A stretch of 54,865 nt of DNA, filler included, from Candidatus Woesearchaeota archaeon (lineage in GTDB: Archaea; Nanobdellota; Nanobdellia; Woesearchaeales; BM511), in assembly GCA_023266675.1 (NCBI GenBank). It is 4 parts of 4 records of this genome, joined end to end, with 100 filler letters (N's around TTAATTAATTAA, not from the genome) between each part and the next. Parts side by side here need not be neighbours in the genome. Positions count along the whole stretch, not along the records: positions 1 to 17,245 come from JAHFPP010000025.1; positions 17,346 to 34,261 come from JAHFPP010000026.1; 2 more parts are not named here. One strand, 5' to 3'. The position numbers and the translations under genes were made by a program. Every line of letters begins with the position of its first letter. Positions within the stretch are counted from its first letter, which is position 1. Under the pieces are notes generated by a model. That model had not been told where the DNA came from. It worked only from the letters and a program-made list of their open reading frames with translations, and searched no databases. Of this stretch, positions 10,396-20,004 are shown piece after piece.

Positions 10396-10992
10396 TCAAA
10401 AACCGCTGTTATTATTTCCCTGATTGTTGTCTGCTTTTATGGCTTCAGGGTCAGGGGTGTAATAGTCAATAAGCTCAATAAGATAGTAAAAAAGCGGGAA
10501 AAAAAGTATCATTGAGAAAACAGCTTTAAAACTTATCTCAATAACACCATATATAATTGGAGTGAACATTATTATAACGTACGTTATCTCCCTTATTCTT
10601 CCAACGTAATGAGCGTATGCGACGGCCTTAATGCCTAAAACTATCACAAATAACCCATAGATAAATACTACAATGCAGATTATGAATTTGATGAAGATGT
10701 CAAGATTAAAAATTATATCCCTATCTATTAGCCCGGTAACAAGAAATCTTGTCCAGTCAATTCCAACCCACAGCGGCACAACACCGTTTGTTATCGCGTT
10801 TCCAAAACTCGTGCTTTTTTTCTCCTGAAAAAACTCGGAAAAAAACCACGAAAGCCATACTGGAACAAGTATCCAAAGCAGTGTTGGCGACATTATCGGT
10901 GCTATAAGAATGGTACCCCACGTTAAAAATAATGACCATATATAGCTGAAGAATATAACAATCCCAGTCCACAATGCTTTCCAAAACGCCAT
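10396..10992 (-). CDS. Multi-pass membrane hypothetical protein
   Basis: About six hydrophobic segments. ATG start MAFWKAL preferred over the upstream TTG at 11010. Confidence 0.75.
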   Translation of the reverse strand: MAFWKALWTGIVIFFSYIWSLFLTWGTILIAPIMSPTLLWILVPVWLSWFFSEFFQEKKSTSFGNAITNGVVPLWVGIDWTRFLVTGLIDRDIIFNLDIFIKFIICIVVFIYGLFVIVLGIKAVAYAHYVGRIREITYVIIMFTPIIYGVIEISFKAVFSMILFFPLFYYLIELIDYYTPDPEAIKADNNQGNNNSGF

Positions 10993-11158
10993 ATGTCCAT
11001 TCTGATACAACCACTATTTAAGATTTATCATAGAAATATTTTATGCTTAATAAACTAATAATTTAACAATTAAACTATAACTTCATGTTTTCGAAACATT
11101 TAAATACTATGATATGCATAAATATTAAATTAGTATACTAAAACGTATATCAATTATT

Positions 11159-11869
11159 ATGGTTAAACGAACAAAATTAGTAGATTTAGTACAAGACGGT
11201 TATAATTCAAAGCCTGAAACGGCAGCACTTCCTAAAGATTTAATTGAGGCTCTAAAACTCGTTAAATCCTATGGATATACTACTCTAAGTTCTCAAGAAC
11301 ACGAACTTTTAACTAATCAGGCAATAAGAGACCCATTGACATCACTTTTCAATGTACGATATTTTAATGAAGAATTTGAAAGAAGGTTTGGAGAATATAA
11401 AAGAAACGAAAACCATGCTTCTCTTGTCATGCTTGACATAGACCATTTTAAAAGAATAAACACTGATTATGGTCATCCTGGCGGAAACTATATACTTAAA
11501 ATGTTTGCTGGAATACTAATAGATGCTTCAAGAATAGTAGACACTGTAGCAAGACTCGGTGGCGAAGAGTTTGCAATGATTCTTCCAGGTTCAGATGTAC
11601 AAGGAGCATATACCCTTGCAGAAAGGATAAGAACAACAATTGAAAATACAACCTTTAGATACGAGAAAAAGGACATAAAGTTTACTGTAAGCGCAGGAGT
11701 TAGTGAATTTAGAAAAGATGATAATCCTGAAATGATTTACGCACGCGCAGACCTGGCGCTTTATCTCTCAAAAACTAACGGAAGAAATATGGTATCACAA
11801 GACAGCTCAATACATATTCCAGAAAAAGATTTGGAAAAAAGACTTGAATTGCCTATATTAGTTAACTAA
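11159..11869 (+). CDS. GGDEF-domain diguanylate cyclase
   Basis: DPLT.LFN.R, MLDIDHFKRIN..YGH, RxxD I-site (RIVD), ARLGGEEF and ADLALYLSK..GRN. Confidence 0.93.
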   Translation: MVKRTKLVDLVQDGYNSKPETAALPKDLIEALKLVKSYGYTTLSSQEHELLTNQAIRDPLTSLFNVRYFNEEFERRFGEYKRNENHASLVMLDIDHFKRINTDYGHPGGNYILKMFAGILIDASRIVDTVARLGGEEFAMILPGSDVQGAYTLAERIRTTIENTTFRYEKKDIKFTVSAGVSEFRKDDNPEMIYARADLALYLSKTNGRNMVSQDSSIHIPEKDLEKRLELPILVN

Positions 11870-11898
11870 TTCTTTTTGACATTTAATATAAAATACAT

Positions 11899-13965
11899 CT
11901 AAGAACTTACTTTACTCTCATGTTCGCTTTTAACAATTCTAATGACTTTGTCAACAAATCCTTCAACTTTTGATTCATGTGAAACAATTATGACTTGTTT
12001 TAATTCAAGCTCTTCCAAAACTTCTTTCACGCGGTCAAGCTGCTCTGAAGAAAATCCGTCTGTAGGTTCATCAAGTATTATCAAATCTTTTGTATTGACA
12101 TTTGAGACAACGTCGTTAATAACCTTATTTAGTGCAAGTCTGTATGAAAGCGCTACAGCAGTTTTCTCGCCGCCGGAAAGGTTTTCAATCTCTGTTTCGT
12201 AGCCGTTTTGTTCAAGCATTGGTGTGAATTCATTGTTTAATCTTAGCGTTATTGTTTCGTCGCCAATTAATGTTGAGAACCATTTTGCAACTAAATCATT
12301 GAATTCGTAGTATATCTTTGTAAATACGTGCTTTTCCATTGTTATTATAACATTTTCAAAAAAGTCAGAGAGCCAGTTGTAAACATCAGTCATTCTCAGT
12401 ATAGTCTTTTTTAATTCTTCCTTAACTTTAACCTGTTTTTCAAGTTCTCCAATTATTTCTTCAACAGAACTTTTCTGCTCGGACAGTCTTGCAAGCTTTA
12501 TCTCTTCATTTTTTAATACTGCCTGAATCTTCATAAACTCCTGCCGCGCTTCAATATAATCTTTTTCTGCGGCACCTGTGTCTTTAATTTCTTTCTCGCT
12601 TTTTTCTTTGTCTTCATTCAATTTTGAAAGAATCAATTTTTGCTCGTAAATTATTTTCTGGGTATTTTCTATTTCAATCTTCTTTTCTTCAAGCATTCTT
12701 GTTTTTATCTTTACAATTTCCGCTTTTTTCTGGATTGCCTCATATTCATCACGCTTTTGTTCAAGCTCCAAACATTTTTTTTCAAGAATTGTTTTTTCTT
12801 TGATAAGTTCACTAAGAGTTTTTTCTGTCTCTTTTATCTTTTCATTGTTGCCATGGATAATCCTGTGCTTATGCTCGTCGTTAACATCCTGAAGGCATAC
12901 AATACATTTTGTAAGTGATGATATCTTCTGGTTTATTTTTTCGCTTTCGCTTTTCTTGTATTCATCTTTTGCAATAAGTTTTATTATTTCATTTATCCTT
13001 GATTTTGCATCTATGCTCTCTTTTTTTATCTCAGAAATTTTTTGCAGCAGTTTTTCCTCATTTACTTTTCTGTTGTCTTTGATTTCTGCTTCAATCAATT
13101 TTATTCTTTCGCTCTCAGAAATTACCCTTTCTTCATAGGATTTTATGTTTCTTTTTGCGTTTTCAATCTTTGACTCAATAATCTTTAAGTTGTTTTTAGT
13201 CTGCCTTATGACCTCTATTTCTTTTTCCTTTTTTAAAAGATTATCACTTATTATTTTTGAATTCGCACTTATTTTTTCAACATCAACAGCTGCACTTTTA
13301 ATATTTTTATCAATCTCTTCTTTCTGAATTATCCTTTCATAGATTTTTATTTTTATCTCATCAAGGTCCTGCGCCTGCCCTTGCATGTAGCTTATTTTTC
13401 TTTTTAACTCTCTTGTGTAAATTGAAATATTTTCCTTAATTGTTTTGTACTTGTCTATTCCAAAAACGCTTCTTAAGGTGTTTAGACGTTCTTCAGGTGT
13501 TGAGAGAATTATCCGCTTCATATCTTCTTGCGGAGTATATACTGTGTATCTGTATATCAGCGATTTTGATTTATTTAAGAGAAGCTCTGAGTATCCTAAA
13601 AGTTGTAGAACTCTTGCTTTAAGTTCTTTTGAAACAAAGTCAGTTTTTACGCCGTTTGTTATTATATATCCTGATTCCTGCGAGATTCCGTTTGAATTTC
13701 TTTTAAGCGCTCGCTTTATTATTATGTCCTTCCCGCTTATTATTAGATTTAATGTTACGCTTCCATCCTTTGAGCCGTGCCGTAAAAGGTGCGCGCCTGA
13801 CGTTTCCCCTTTCATTATTCCAAAAAGCGCGAACTCAACTGCAAGAAGTATTGTTGACTTTCCACATCCTATGTCGCCAGCCAAAAGAACTGAACCTTCA
13901 GGAAACTCTATTGTTTCGTCAACATATGAGCGGATGTTTTCAATCCTTACTTTTTTTATGAACAT
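11899..13965 (-). CDS. rad50: Rad50/SbcC-like SMC ATPase
   Basis: Walker A GDIGCGKST, coiled coil with central CxxC zinc hook (CIVC), LSGGE signature and LDEPT Walker B. Confidence 0.8.
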   Translation of the reverse strand: MFIKKVRIENIRSYVDETIEFPEGSVLLAGDIGCGKSTILLAVEFALFGIMKGETSGAHLLRHGSKDGSVTLNLIISGKDIIIKRALKRNSNGISQESGYIITNGVKTDFVSKELKARVLQLLGYSELLLNKSKSLIYRYTVYTPQEDMKRIILSTPEERLNTLRSVFGIDKYKTIKENISIYTRELKRKISYMQGQAQDLDEIKIKIYERIIQKEEIDKNIKSAAVDVEKISANSKIISDNLLKKEKEIEVIRQTKNNLKIIESKIENAKRNIKSYEERVISESERIKLIEAEIKDNRKVNEEKLLQKISEIKKESIDAKSRINEIIKLIAKDEYKKSESEKINQKISSLTKCIVCLQDVNDEHKHRIIHGNNEKIKETEKTLSELIKEKTILEKKCLELEQKRDEYEAIQKKAEIVKIKTRMLEEKKIEIENTQKIIYEQKLILSKLNEDKEKSEKEIKDTGAAEKDYIEARQEFMKIQAVLKNEEIKLARLSEQKSSVEEIIGELEKQVKVKEELKKTILRMTDVYNWLSDFFENVIITMEKHVFTKIYYEFNDLVAKWFSTLIGDETITLRLNNEFTPMLEQNGYETEIENLSGGEKTAVALSYRLALNKVINDVVSNVNTKDLIILDEPTDGFSSEQLDRVKEVLEELELKQVIIVSHESKVEGFVDKVIRIVKSEHESKVSS

Positions 13966-13989
13966 AAAATCTCTATTTTCTTGTTTTAT

Positions 13990-14748
13990 TTAAGGTTTTT
14001 GTAAATCACTCGGGTCGTAGTCAGCATTTAAGCCGGTTATTGTGCCGTCAAGAATTGCCTCGGCATTAATTAGCATTTCAATGTCTTTGTCAAAATTCAT
14101 TTTGTTTATTTCGTCATTAATTAACTCTATTTTCAAGTCAAGCCTTTTTCTGTCAACCTTTTCATGCGCAATTCTCATGAGCCTTTTTGCAAGCCTCATT
14201 GACGTCTTGTCATTTTCCTCTGACCTTTTTTTATAAATCTTCAAAAGCCTTTTCAGATCAGGCTCATCTGACAAATCAATTGTCTGCGTTGCGCCAATTC
14301 TCTTTATGAACTCTTCAGTTTCCTTGCCCTGCCGTAAAAGAATCTCGCCGATAACCCGCTCATACGTACGGTATTTGATAAAATTTGCTGGTGATGGTTC
14401 AACACTTTTTATGCAATCAAGATCGTCCTCTATCCTATTTGTTATAAACCAGTAAGGAAACATCCTGCAGTTCATAGGGCGCCCTTCATAAACGCTGCAT
14501 TTGTTATCTATATATAATGGGCAAGGCCTTTTCATGCCAAAATCAACTTCAAAAACAGAGAAGTCTTTTGCTTTAAGAAAAGGTATGAATGTCACGAATT
14601 CTTTTTCAAAAAGCTCCTTTACAGTTAGCTTCATGAAGTCTGAGAGCCATTTTATGTCTAAAAGTGTCATATTTATCTGTGTTGACGGGTCAGTGCAGCA
14701 GAAATTGCAATTTTCGCGGTCGCATACAAAATGATCTCTTTTTGCCAT
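13990..14748 (-). CDS. YkgJ/CxxCxxCC-family putative Fe-S or zinc cluster protein
   Basis: C..NC.FCC, CPLY.DNKCSVYEGRP..CR.FP. Confidence 0.85.
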   Translation of the reverse strand: MAKRDHFVCDRENCNFCCTDPSTQINMTLLDIKWLSDFMKLTVKELFEKEFVTFIPFLKAKDFSVFEVDFGMKRPCPLYIDNKCSVYEGRPMNCRMFPYWFITNRIEDDLDCIKSVEPSPANFIKYRTYERVIGEILLRQGKETEEFIKRIGATQTIDLSDEPDLKRLLKIYKKRSEENDKTSMRLAKRLMRIAHEKVDRKRLDLKIELINDEINKMNFDKDIEMLINAEAILDGTITGLNADYDPSDLQKP

Positions 14749-14876
14749 TTTTAATAAAATTATGTTTATAGATAAAAACTTAACTGATTAGAAAGCAATT
14801 ATTAACTTTGTGTTTATTGTTTAAATCATGATTTATCAATAATAATTTTTGTTATCATTAAATTTTTCTAAAAATT

Positions 14877-16226
14877 TTACGGTCCGCACTTACTATCCAA
14901 ACATTGATATCCATCAAGGTCAAGCACTTCTTTTGCCTTGACAGGGCAGGAATAGTATTTTGGAACGCATTTATTATCTATACAAACATACGTTTTGATA
15001 AAAATGCCACTTGAAGTTCCATCAACAGGGCTTGTGCATGAGTTTTGGTAATCTGAAATATCATCATGGCATGTTGATGCTGTGAATATTGATAATCCAT
15101 GCTCATCTAATGGCGCAACATAACAGTTATTGCTATGCTGTTCACCGCTTCCTCCGCTTGTTTGACATGTCTGGCATACGCCGCCGCAGTCAACGCCTGT
15201 TTCATCCTGATTCTGTATTTCATCGCTGCATGATGACTGAGGTGATACATGGCATGAATTTGAATACCAGTAACCGCCGCATACACCGCCGCAGTCAATG
15301 TTTGTTTCATCCTGATTTCTTATTTCATCACTGCAAGTCGCGTTGATTGATAGCGCTTGAGGTGTTTGATGGCAGCTATTATTATAAAAATACCCTGCGC
15401 ATACGCCGCCGCAGTCAATGTTTGTTTCATCCTGATTTAATATTCCGTCGATGCATGAAATATTTATAGTGGTATTTTGCTGTATATACATTGTAGGTGT
15501 TGAGCATTTATTTGCACCGCACACTGAGTTTGAATCTCCAAAATAAACCAATGAGCTTGATACGCAATTTTTATAAACAGCTGTACATGATGAAGTGTTC
15601 CCATTTTTTTGGCATTTGTATTCCTTAACCCATGTGCTGCTTGCTGCACCAGAAATAGGATCTTCGCACGCATCACCATAATTTGCAGTAGCATCTGCGC
15701 AATTTCCGCTTTCATAAATTGGGTTTGGACTTACAGAAATATCTGAGTCATAACAGTCATTGCCTGACGACCCGCCGCCGCTTGAACCACCTGATGCCGC
15801 TACGCCAGCACTTGCACCTCCTTTCTTATCGCTTGACGATGCACCTCCTCCAGCGTTTGAAGATGCAGTATTTCCTTGATATACACATTCTCCGTTGCTG
15901 CTGCAGACTTCATCATCTTCACATCCGCAGATGCTGCATTTGTCAATAAATGTCCCACTGTCGCAATAACCCGGCTTGTTCTTTGAGCATTTGTCATAAA
16001 ATATTTTTCTTGCAATCTTAGTTTTATCAACCTCAGTGTATTCTATACAGTATCCTTGCTGCTCTTCCAACGCAACTCCTTTATCATTGACAAGCTCTTT
16101 GAGGCTAATAAGTAAATCGCTTGCGTAATTCAGTCCTTTGTATTCTCTAACAAACTCCACAGTTACACCAATTCCAAAGAACACAATCAGCATGAGCGAA
16201 ATTGTAATGACTGTTTTTTTTAGCAT
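14877..16226 (-). CDS. Membrane-anchored Cys-rich extracellular protein with three SCxDxIxNQDETxxDCGGVC repeats
   Basis: N-terminal TM helix, Gly/Ser linker, three repeats at about 15170-15455. Confidence 0.8.
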   Translation of the reverse strand: MLKKTVITISLMLIVFFGIGVTVEFVREYKGLNYASDLLISLKELVNDKGVALEEQQGYCIEYTEVDKTKIARKIFYDKCSKNKPGYCDSGTFIDKCSICGCEDDEVCSSNGECVYQGNTASSNAGGGASSSDKKGGASAGVAASGGSSGGGSSGNDCYDSDISVSPNPIYESGNCADATANYGDACEDPISGAASSTWVKEYKCQKNGNTSSCTAVYKNCVSSSLVYFGDSNSVCGANKCSTPTMYIQQNTTINISCIDGILNQDETNIDCGGVCAGYFYNNSCHQTPQALSINATCSDEIRNQDETNIDCGGVCGGYWYSNSCHVSPQSSCSDEIQNQDETGVDCGGVCQTCQTSGGSGEQHSNNCYVAPLDEHGLSIFTASTCHDDISDYQNSCTSPVDGTSSGIFIKTYVCIDNKCVPKYYSCPVKAKEVLDLDGYQCLDSKCGP

Positions 16227-16911
16227 ATCTATCTTTTTAGCAAAAATCTTATTTAAATCTTTGCAGTTTTTATAGAGTGGTTACTTTTTTTAATGTCTAT
16301 TTACTAATTTTCTAAACTTATTTGTAGAAATATTGTTTAAAAGTTATTTATAACAACTAGTATAATTACTTTTACATCTTTAAAACGAAAAAGTTTCTTA
16401 TTATTTTCTCTTATTAGAAAAATTCATAACATAAAGAGGACCTATAATTAAAATTAAAAATAATATAAAACTAAAATTAAAACCAGCCCATCTTTTTAGG
16501 AGATATCCTCCTTGTAGTATAATTGCTGCTGCAACTATAATATAAACAAAATAATTGCAAAAATTTTCAATTTGAATTTTTTGAATAACACTCTTTTATT
16601 TTACTTAATGGAATATATAATAATTACTATTAATTGTTGAACTAAACTTCTATAAACTTTTATTTTAGATATATAACTTATTTTTCACTGGACATGTATC
16701 TTTTATTAAATTCTGATAGATATTTATCGTGCATAAATATCTAGAACTGTTTTGTTTGACCTTTATTAAAAGGTCACTGGACATGCTCGCGTGAGATATA
16801 TAAATGAATCCAATTTTTAAAAATAAAGAAAAAGCCGCATAAGCGGCAATGCAACGATCTGAAACAATAAGATTAAGTTGTTTGGATATATAAAAGTTGT
16901 GTCGGTTTTAT

Positions 16912-17027
16912 GCCGTGGTCGCATAAGCAGGTATTGCGACGATCTGAAACATCGTTGCCTTAACAGGCTTTCCGGGTTCAAATCTTGCAACATCACTTAT
17001 GTTCGGGTGAAAGTCCCGGCCACGGCG
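16912..17027 (+). tRNA. Archaeal tRNA with Ser-type body, GAA anticodon and a 31-nt BHB intron at 59/60 (16983-17013)
   Basis: Acceptor GCCGTGG/CCACGGC-G73, anticodon arm ACGAT-CTGAAAC-ATCGT, long variable arm GCCT-TAAC-AGGC. T arm CCGGG/CCCGG is interrupted by a BHB (TTCA/TGAA helix, AAT and AGT bulges). TATA-like box at about 16887-16895. Confidence 0.8.
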
Positions 17028-17091
17028 CATTATCTTTAAATTATTCTGTTTCTTAGTTAATTTTAAAAACCCATGATGATTCTAGCATATA

Positions 17092-17245
17092 ATGGCAGCA
17101 ATAGAAAAAGGAGGAAGCAGAATTACTGATTTAGAAGATCAGATTTCTAAAACCAAGTATAACAAGAAAACTTCCCACGCTATAGGTCTAATGAAGGCGC
17201 AGCTTGCAAAGCTTAAAGAAAAAAGGGAGTCTTCAATAGCAAAAT
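17092..17245 (+). CDS. DRG/OBG-family GTP-binding protein, N-terminal fragment (cut by contig end)
   Basis: I.DLE..ISKTKYNK.T.HAIGL.KAQLAKLKE is the conserved DRG N-terminus. Confidence 0.85.
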
Positions 17246-17345
17246 NNNNNNNNNNNNNNNNNNNNNNNNNNNNNNNNNNNNNNNNNNNNTTAATTAATTA
17301 ANNNNNNNNNNNNNNNNNNNNNNNNNNNNNNNNNNNNNNNNNNNN
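17246..17345. other. Artificial contig linker
   Basis: N44-TTAATTAATTAA-N44, with stops in all six frames. Confidence 0.97.
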
Positions 17346-17361
17346 CATATATTTTAATTCT

Positions 17362-18414
17362 TTGGAAGAAGCATTTAATGGACTTGCTTTGTATTCATGG
17401 TGGCGAAATTCAGGATTGTCAATTGAGTCTCCAGACCTATTAATAACGCCTGAGTCAGTGGCGGCATATGATGACGCAAGACTTAGTACAATAAAAGAAA
17501 AACTCATTGAAAATGGAGCATACTGTCAGGAATTTGGTGATCATATCGCTTCATTTTTATCAAATCTCACCTTGCAGATAAAACCATCCAAAGAAAACGG
17601 AGCAATTCTAAAAATTACACCTGATTCAACAAATTCTCTTGATTATGAAGAGTCCATTGTGAGGCTTTTAAACAGGCTTCATTTTGATGACGATCTTTTT
17701 AAAGGAAAACCGTCGAGGTTATTCAAGGATAGAGAGTATCAAAGGATACTTCATAGCACAAGCATTCGCGCAATGGCAGGTCCAAAGGAGAAACTCTCTC
17801 TTGAAAAAATCATTAAAAAAGTAACAGGCATAAAAGAAGTGATGTGGCAACCAAATGATGATACTGGATGGACATATGTCCCTCTTTCATTTGCCGACCC
17901 AACCAGTCGAAATATTGAATTGCAGACGCTTCCTGCAGTACTTTATCAAGTGCGCCTTTCTGTGTCGCTTAAGGATAAAAGCCGTGATTTGTCCGTTTAT
18001 TACCATCGTGGCGAGATAAGCGGATTTGATTATTCTTACAACGCTCTTCAAAGAAGCGGAAAAGAGGAGATGGCAAGTGAACTAGCTTTGCTGCAAAAAG
18101 AATATGTTGGCGAAAATGCCCAACGAAAACAATGGCTTAAAGGAAGATATAACATTATAAAGGCAACTATGCAGCATCTTGAATTAGGAAAATCCGCAGA
18201 GGAACTTATAGAAATGATTGCTGAAAATAAGCTTTACTCAGTAAAAGCGATACGCATTATAGAGAAAAGACCGTCACAAATTGCAACTTTAATATTTACA
18301 CACCCTCAGAGTTTTGCTCATGAATTTTATGATAATTCTCATTACCTTAAATTTGCCAGAAATCAGGTTTACAGAGGAATGCAAGAGCAGATTAAACAAT
18401 CTAAATTGAACTAG
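17362..18414 (+). CDS. Hypothetical protein (probably 5'-truncated)
   Basis: Long ORF starting at the contig edge. Confidence 0.65.
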   Translation: MEEAFNGLALYSWWRNSGLSIESPDLLITPESVAAYDDARLSTIKEKLIENGAYCQEFGDHIASFLSNLTLQIKPSKENGAILKITPDSTNSLDYEESIVRLLNRLHFDDDLFKGKPSRLFKDREYQRILHSTSIRAMAGPKEKLSLEKIIKKVTGIKEVMWQPNDDTGWTYVPLSFADPTSRNIELQTLPAVLYQVRLSVSLKDKSRDLSVYYHRGEISGFDYSYNALQRSGKEEMASELALLQKEYVGENAQRKQWLKGRYNIIKATMQHLELGKSAEELIEMIAENKLYSVKAIRIIEKRPSQIATLIFTHPQSFAHEFYDNSHYLKFARNQVYRGMQEQIKQSKLN

Positions 18415-18471
18415 TTTCTCAATAACTTTATATATAATAACTATTTAATAATAGGTACAAGTGGTGAACGA

Positions 18472-18687
18472 ATGAAGTCAAGCAACCGTGAAATACTTTT
18501 TTTGATAGCGTACCTTATCATATTTGCAGCCCTTTTCCTGCTTTCACTTTACGATTATCATCGCGGAGAATCTTTTGTAAACTTTGGATTTGAGCCAAGT
18601 GTAACAAATATATTTATGATGATACTTTCATTTCTGGGGGTTTTAAAAACAATTTATCACATTTATCGATTTGAAACAGAAAACTAA
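18472..18687 (+). CDS. Small two-TM membrane protein
   Basis: 71 aa with two hydrophobic segments and a GGTGA SD-like site upstream. Confidence 0.7.
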   Translation: MKSSNREILFLIAYLIIFAALFLLSLYDYHRGESFVNFGFEPSVTNIFMMILSFLGVLKTIYHIYRFETEN

Positions 18688-18711
18688 ATTTTTAAGAATA
18701 TACCTTAACTC

Positions 18712-19947
18712 TCATTCATATCTTAAGCTGTCAACAGGGTTTTGCTTTGATGCCTGAATTGCAACCGTAACACCTGATATTGTGCCAACAAATGTTGCAA
18801 AGATTATTAATGCAAGGAACAGCTGCCATGAATATAATGGCGCTAAAAACCCCCAACCAAGGTTTTTTAGTACTGAACCAAGACCGCTTGAAATTAATGC
18901 GCCAATAATAACTCCAAATACTCCAGCAACAAATCCAAGAATACTTGACTCGAAAAGAAATATGTTTCGTATCGTTGAGTTCTTTGCACCAATCGCTTTC
19001 ATTACACCTATCTCTTTTGTTCTTTCAAGAACTGATGTTATCATGGTGTTTGCAGTGTTTACTGCTGACACAACAACTGATATCAATGCAATCAAGATTA
19101 CGAATCCTATAACCACATTTAATGCTGTTGAAAACTGTTTTATCAGGTCATCAAATGTTTGCACAAAGAAATCTTCCTTTCCTATCTCCTGTCCTCTTTC
19201 TCTTCTCAGGCTTTTTTTGACTTCATCAACAACAGAGTTGATATTGTCTTTGTTGCTTACGCGCCCAATAATTTCAGCATAAGAAAGCGGTTTATCGCTA
19301 AACATCTCTTTCATATCTTTTTCATTTAGAAAAATATTCGCGTCATCCTGTGGGTTTCCAACAGATGACATAAACCCTATTATCTCAAACTTTTCGCCAT
19401 TAATAAGAATTTTGTTTCCAAGATTTAGCGGCTTATCAAATATCTTTTTTTCAAGCTGATAATTGTAACCTAGCACTGCTTTTTTTGTGTCAGATTCTTT
19501 TAATTCCCTCCCTTTATCAATATGGATTTGGCTAAGCTCTCTTATCATCTTATTGTTTTCTACGGTTGGTTTATATCCTCCTCCAAAAACATATTTCAGC
19601 TGNNNNNNNNNNTTCAGCTGATTGTTTGATTCAACCTGTAATGGTTTAAGATAGAACCCTAACACCTCTTCAACACCTTTAGTTTTTTCTATTGTTGTTA
19701 GGTCTTTTTCTTCAAGTTTGAAGGTATCATCAATTCCAGGTGCAGAATTTCCTTTCACCATAACAATAAATTTGTCAGCGCCAGACTCTCCTGCAAGCTG
19801 ATTTATATAGGTGTAAAGTCCAAATCCGAAGCTTATAAAAATGAAAATTGTCACAATTCCTATAAATATTGAGAGTATAGTTAGAAAGCTTCGTGACTTT
19901 CTTTTGTACAGGTTTTTCAGCGAATATTTTAGTGTGTCAAGATTCAT
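18712..19947 (-). CDS. MacB/FtsX-family ABC transporter permease
   Basis: RSFLTILSIFIGI, SVLERTKEIGVMKAIGA and NPVDSLRYE. Spans a 10-N scaffold gap at 19603-19612. Confidence 0.9.
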   Translation of the reverse strand: MNLDTLKYSLKNLYKRKSRSFLTILSIFIGIVTIFIFISFGFGLYTYINQLAGESGADKFIVMVKGNSAPGIDDTFKLEEKDLTTIEKTKGVEEVLGFYLKPLQVESNNQLXXXXQLKYVFGGGYKPTVENNKMIRELSQIHIDKGRELKESDTKKAVLGYNYQLEKKIFDKPLNLGNKILINGEKFEIIGFMSSVGNPQDDANIFLNEKDMKEMFSDKPLSYAEIIGRVSNKDNINSVVDEVKKSLRRERGQEIGKEDFFVQTFDDLIKQFSTALNVVIGFVILIALISVVVSAVNTANTMITSVLERTKEIGVMKAIGAKNSTIRNIFLFESSILGFVAGVFGVIIGALISSGLGSVLKNLGWGFLAPLYSWQLFLALIIFATFVGTISGVTVAIQASKQNPVDSLRYE

Positions 19948-20004
19948 TTTAACCTCTGAGTGCACGCAAATTGTCATTGTCTACTTTGCTTGTCTTCATT
20001 TCAT

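Noticed and set aside
11942..13993. Plus-strand ORFs opposite rad50, and similar shadows opposite the ABC genes, helicase and metK
   Set aside because: They are antisense shadows of well-supported genes, with low-complexity Phe/Ser/Ile composition.
17246..17345. TTAATTAATTAA palindrome recurring three times, and ORFs running through Ns
   Set aside because: It is a synthetic six-frame-stop linker between contigs.
19595..19620. Short duplication TTCAGCTG around 10 Ns in the permease
   Set aside because: Scaffolding artefact of overlapping contig ends.
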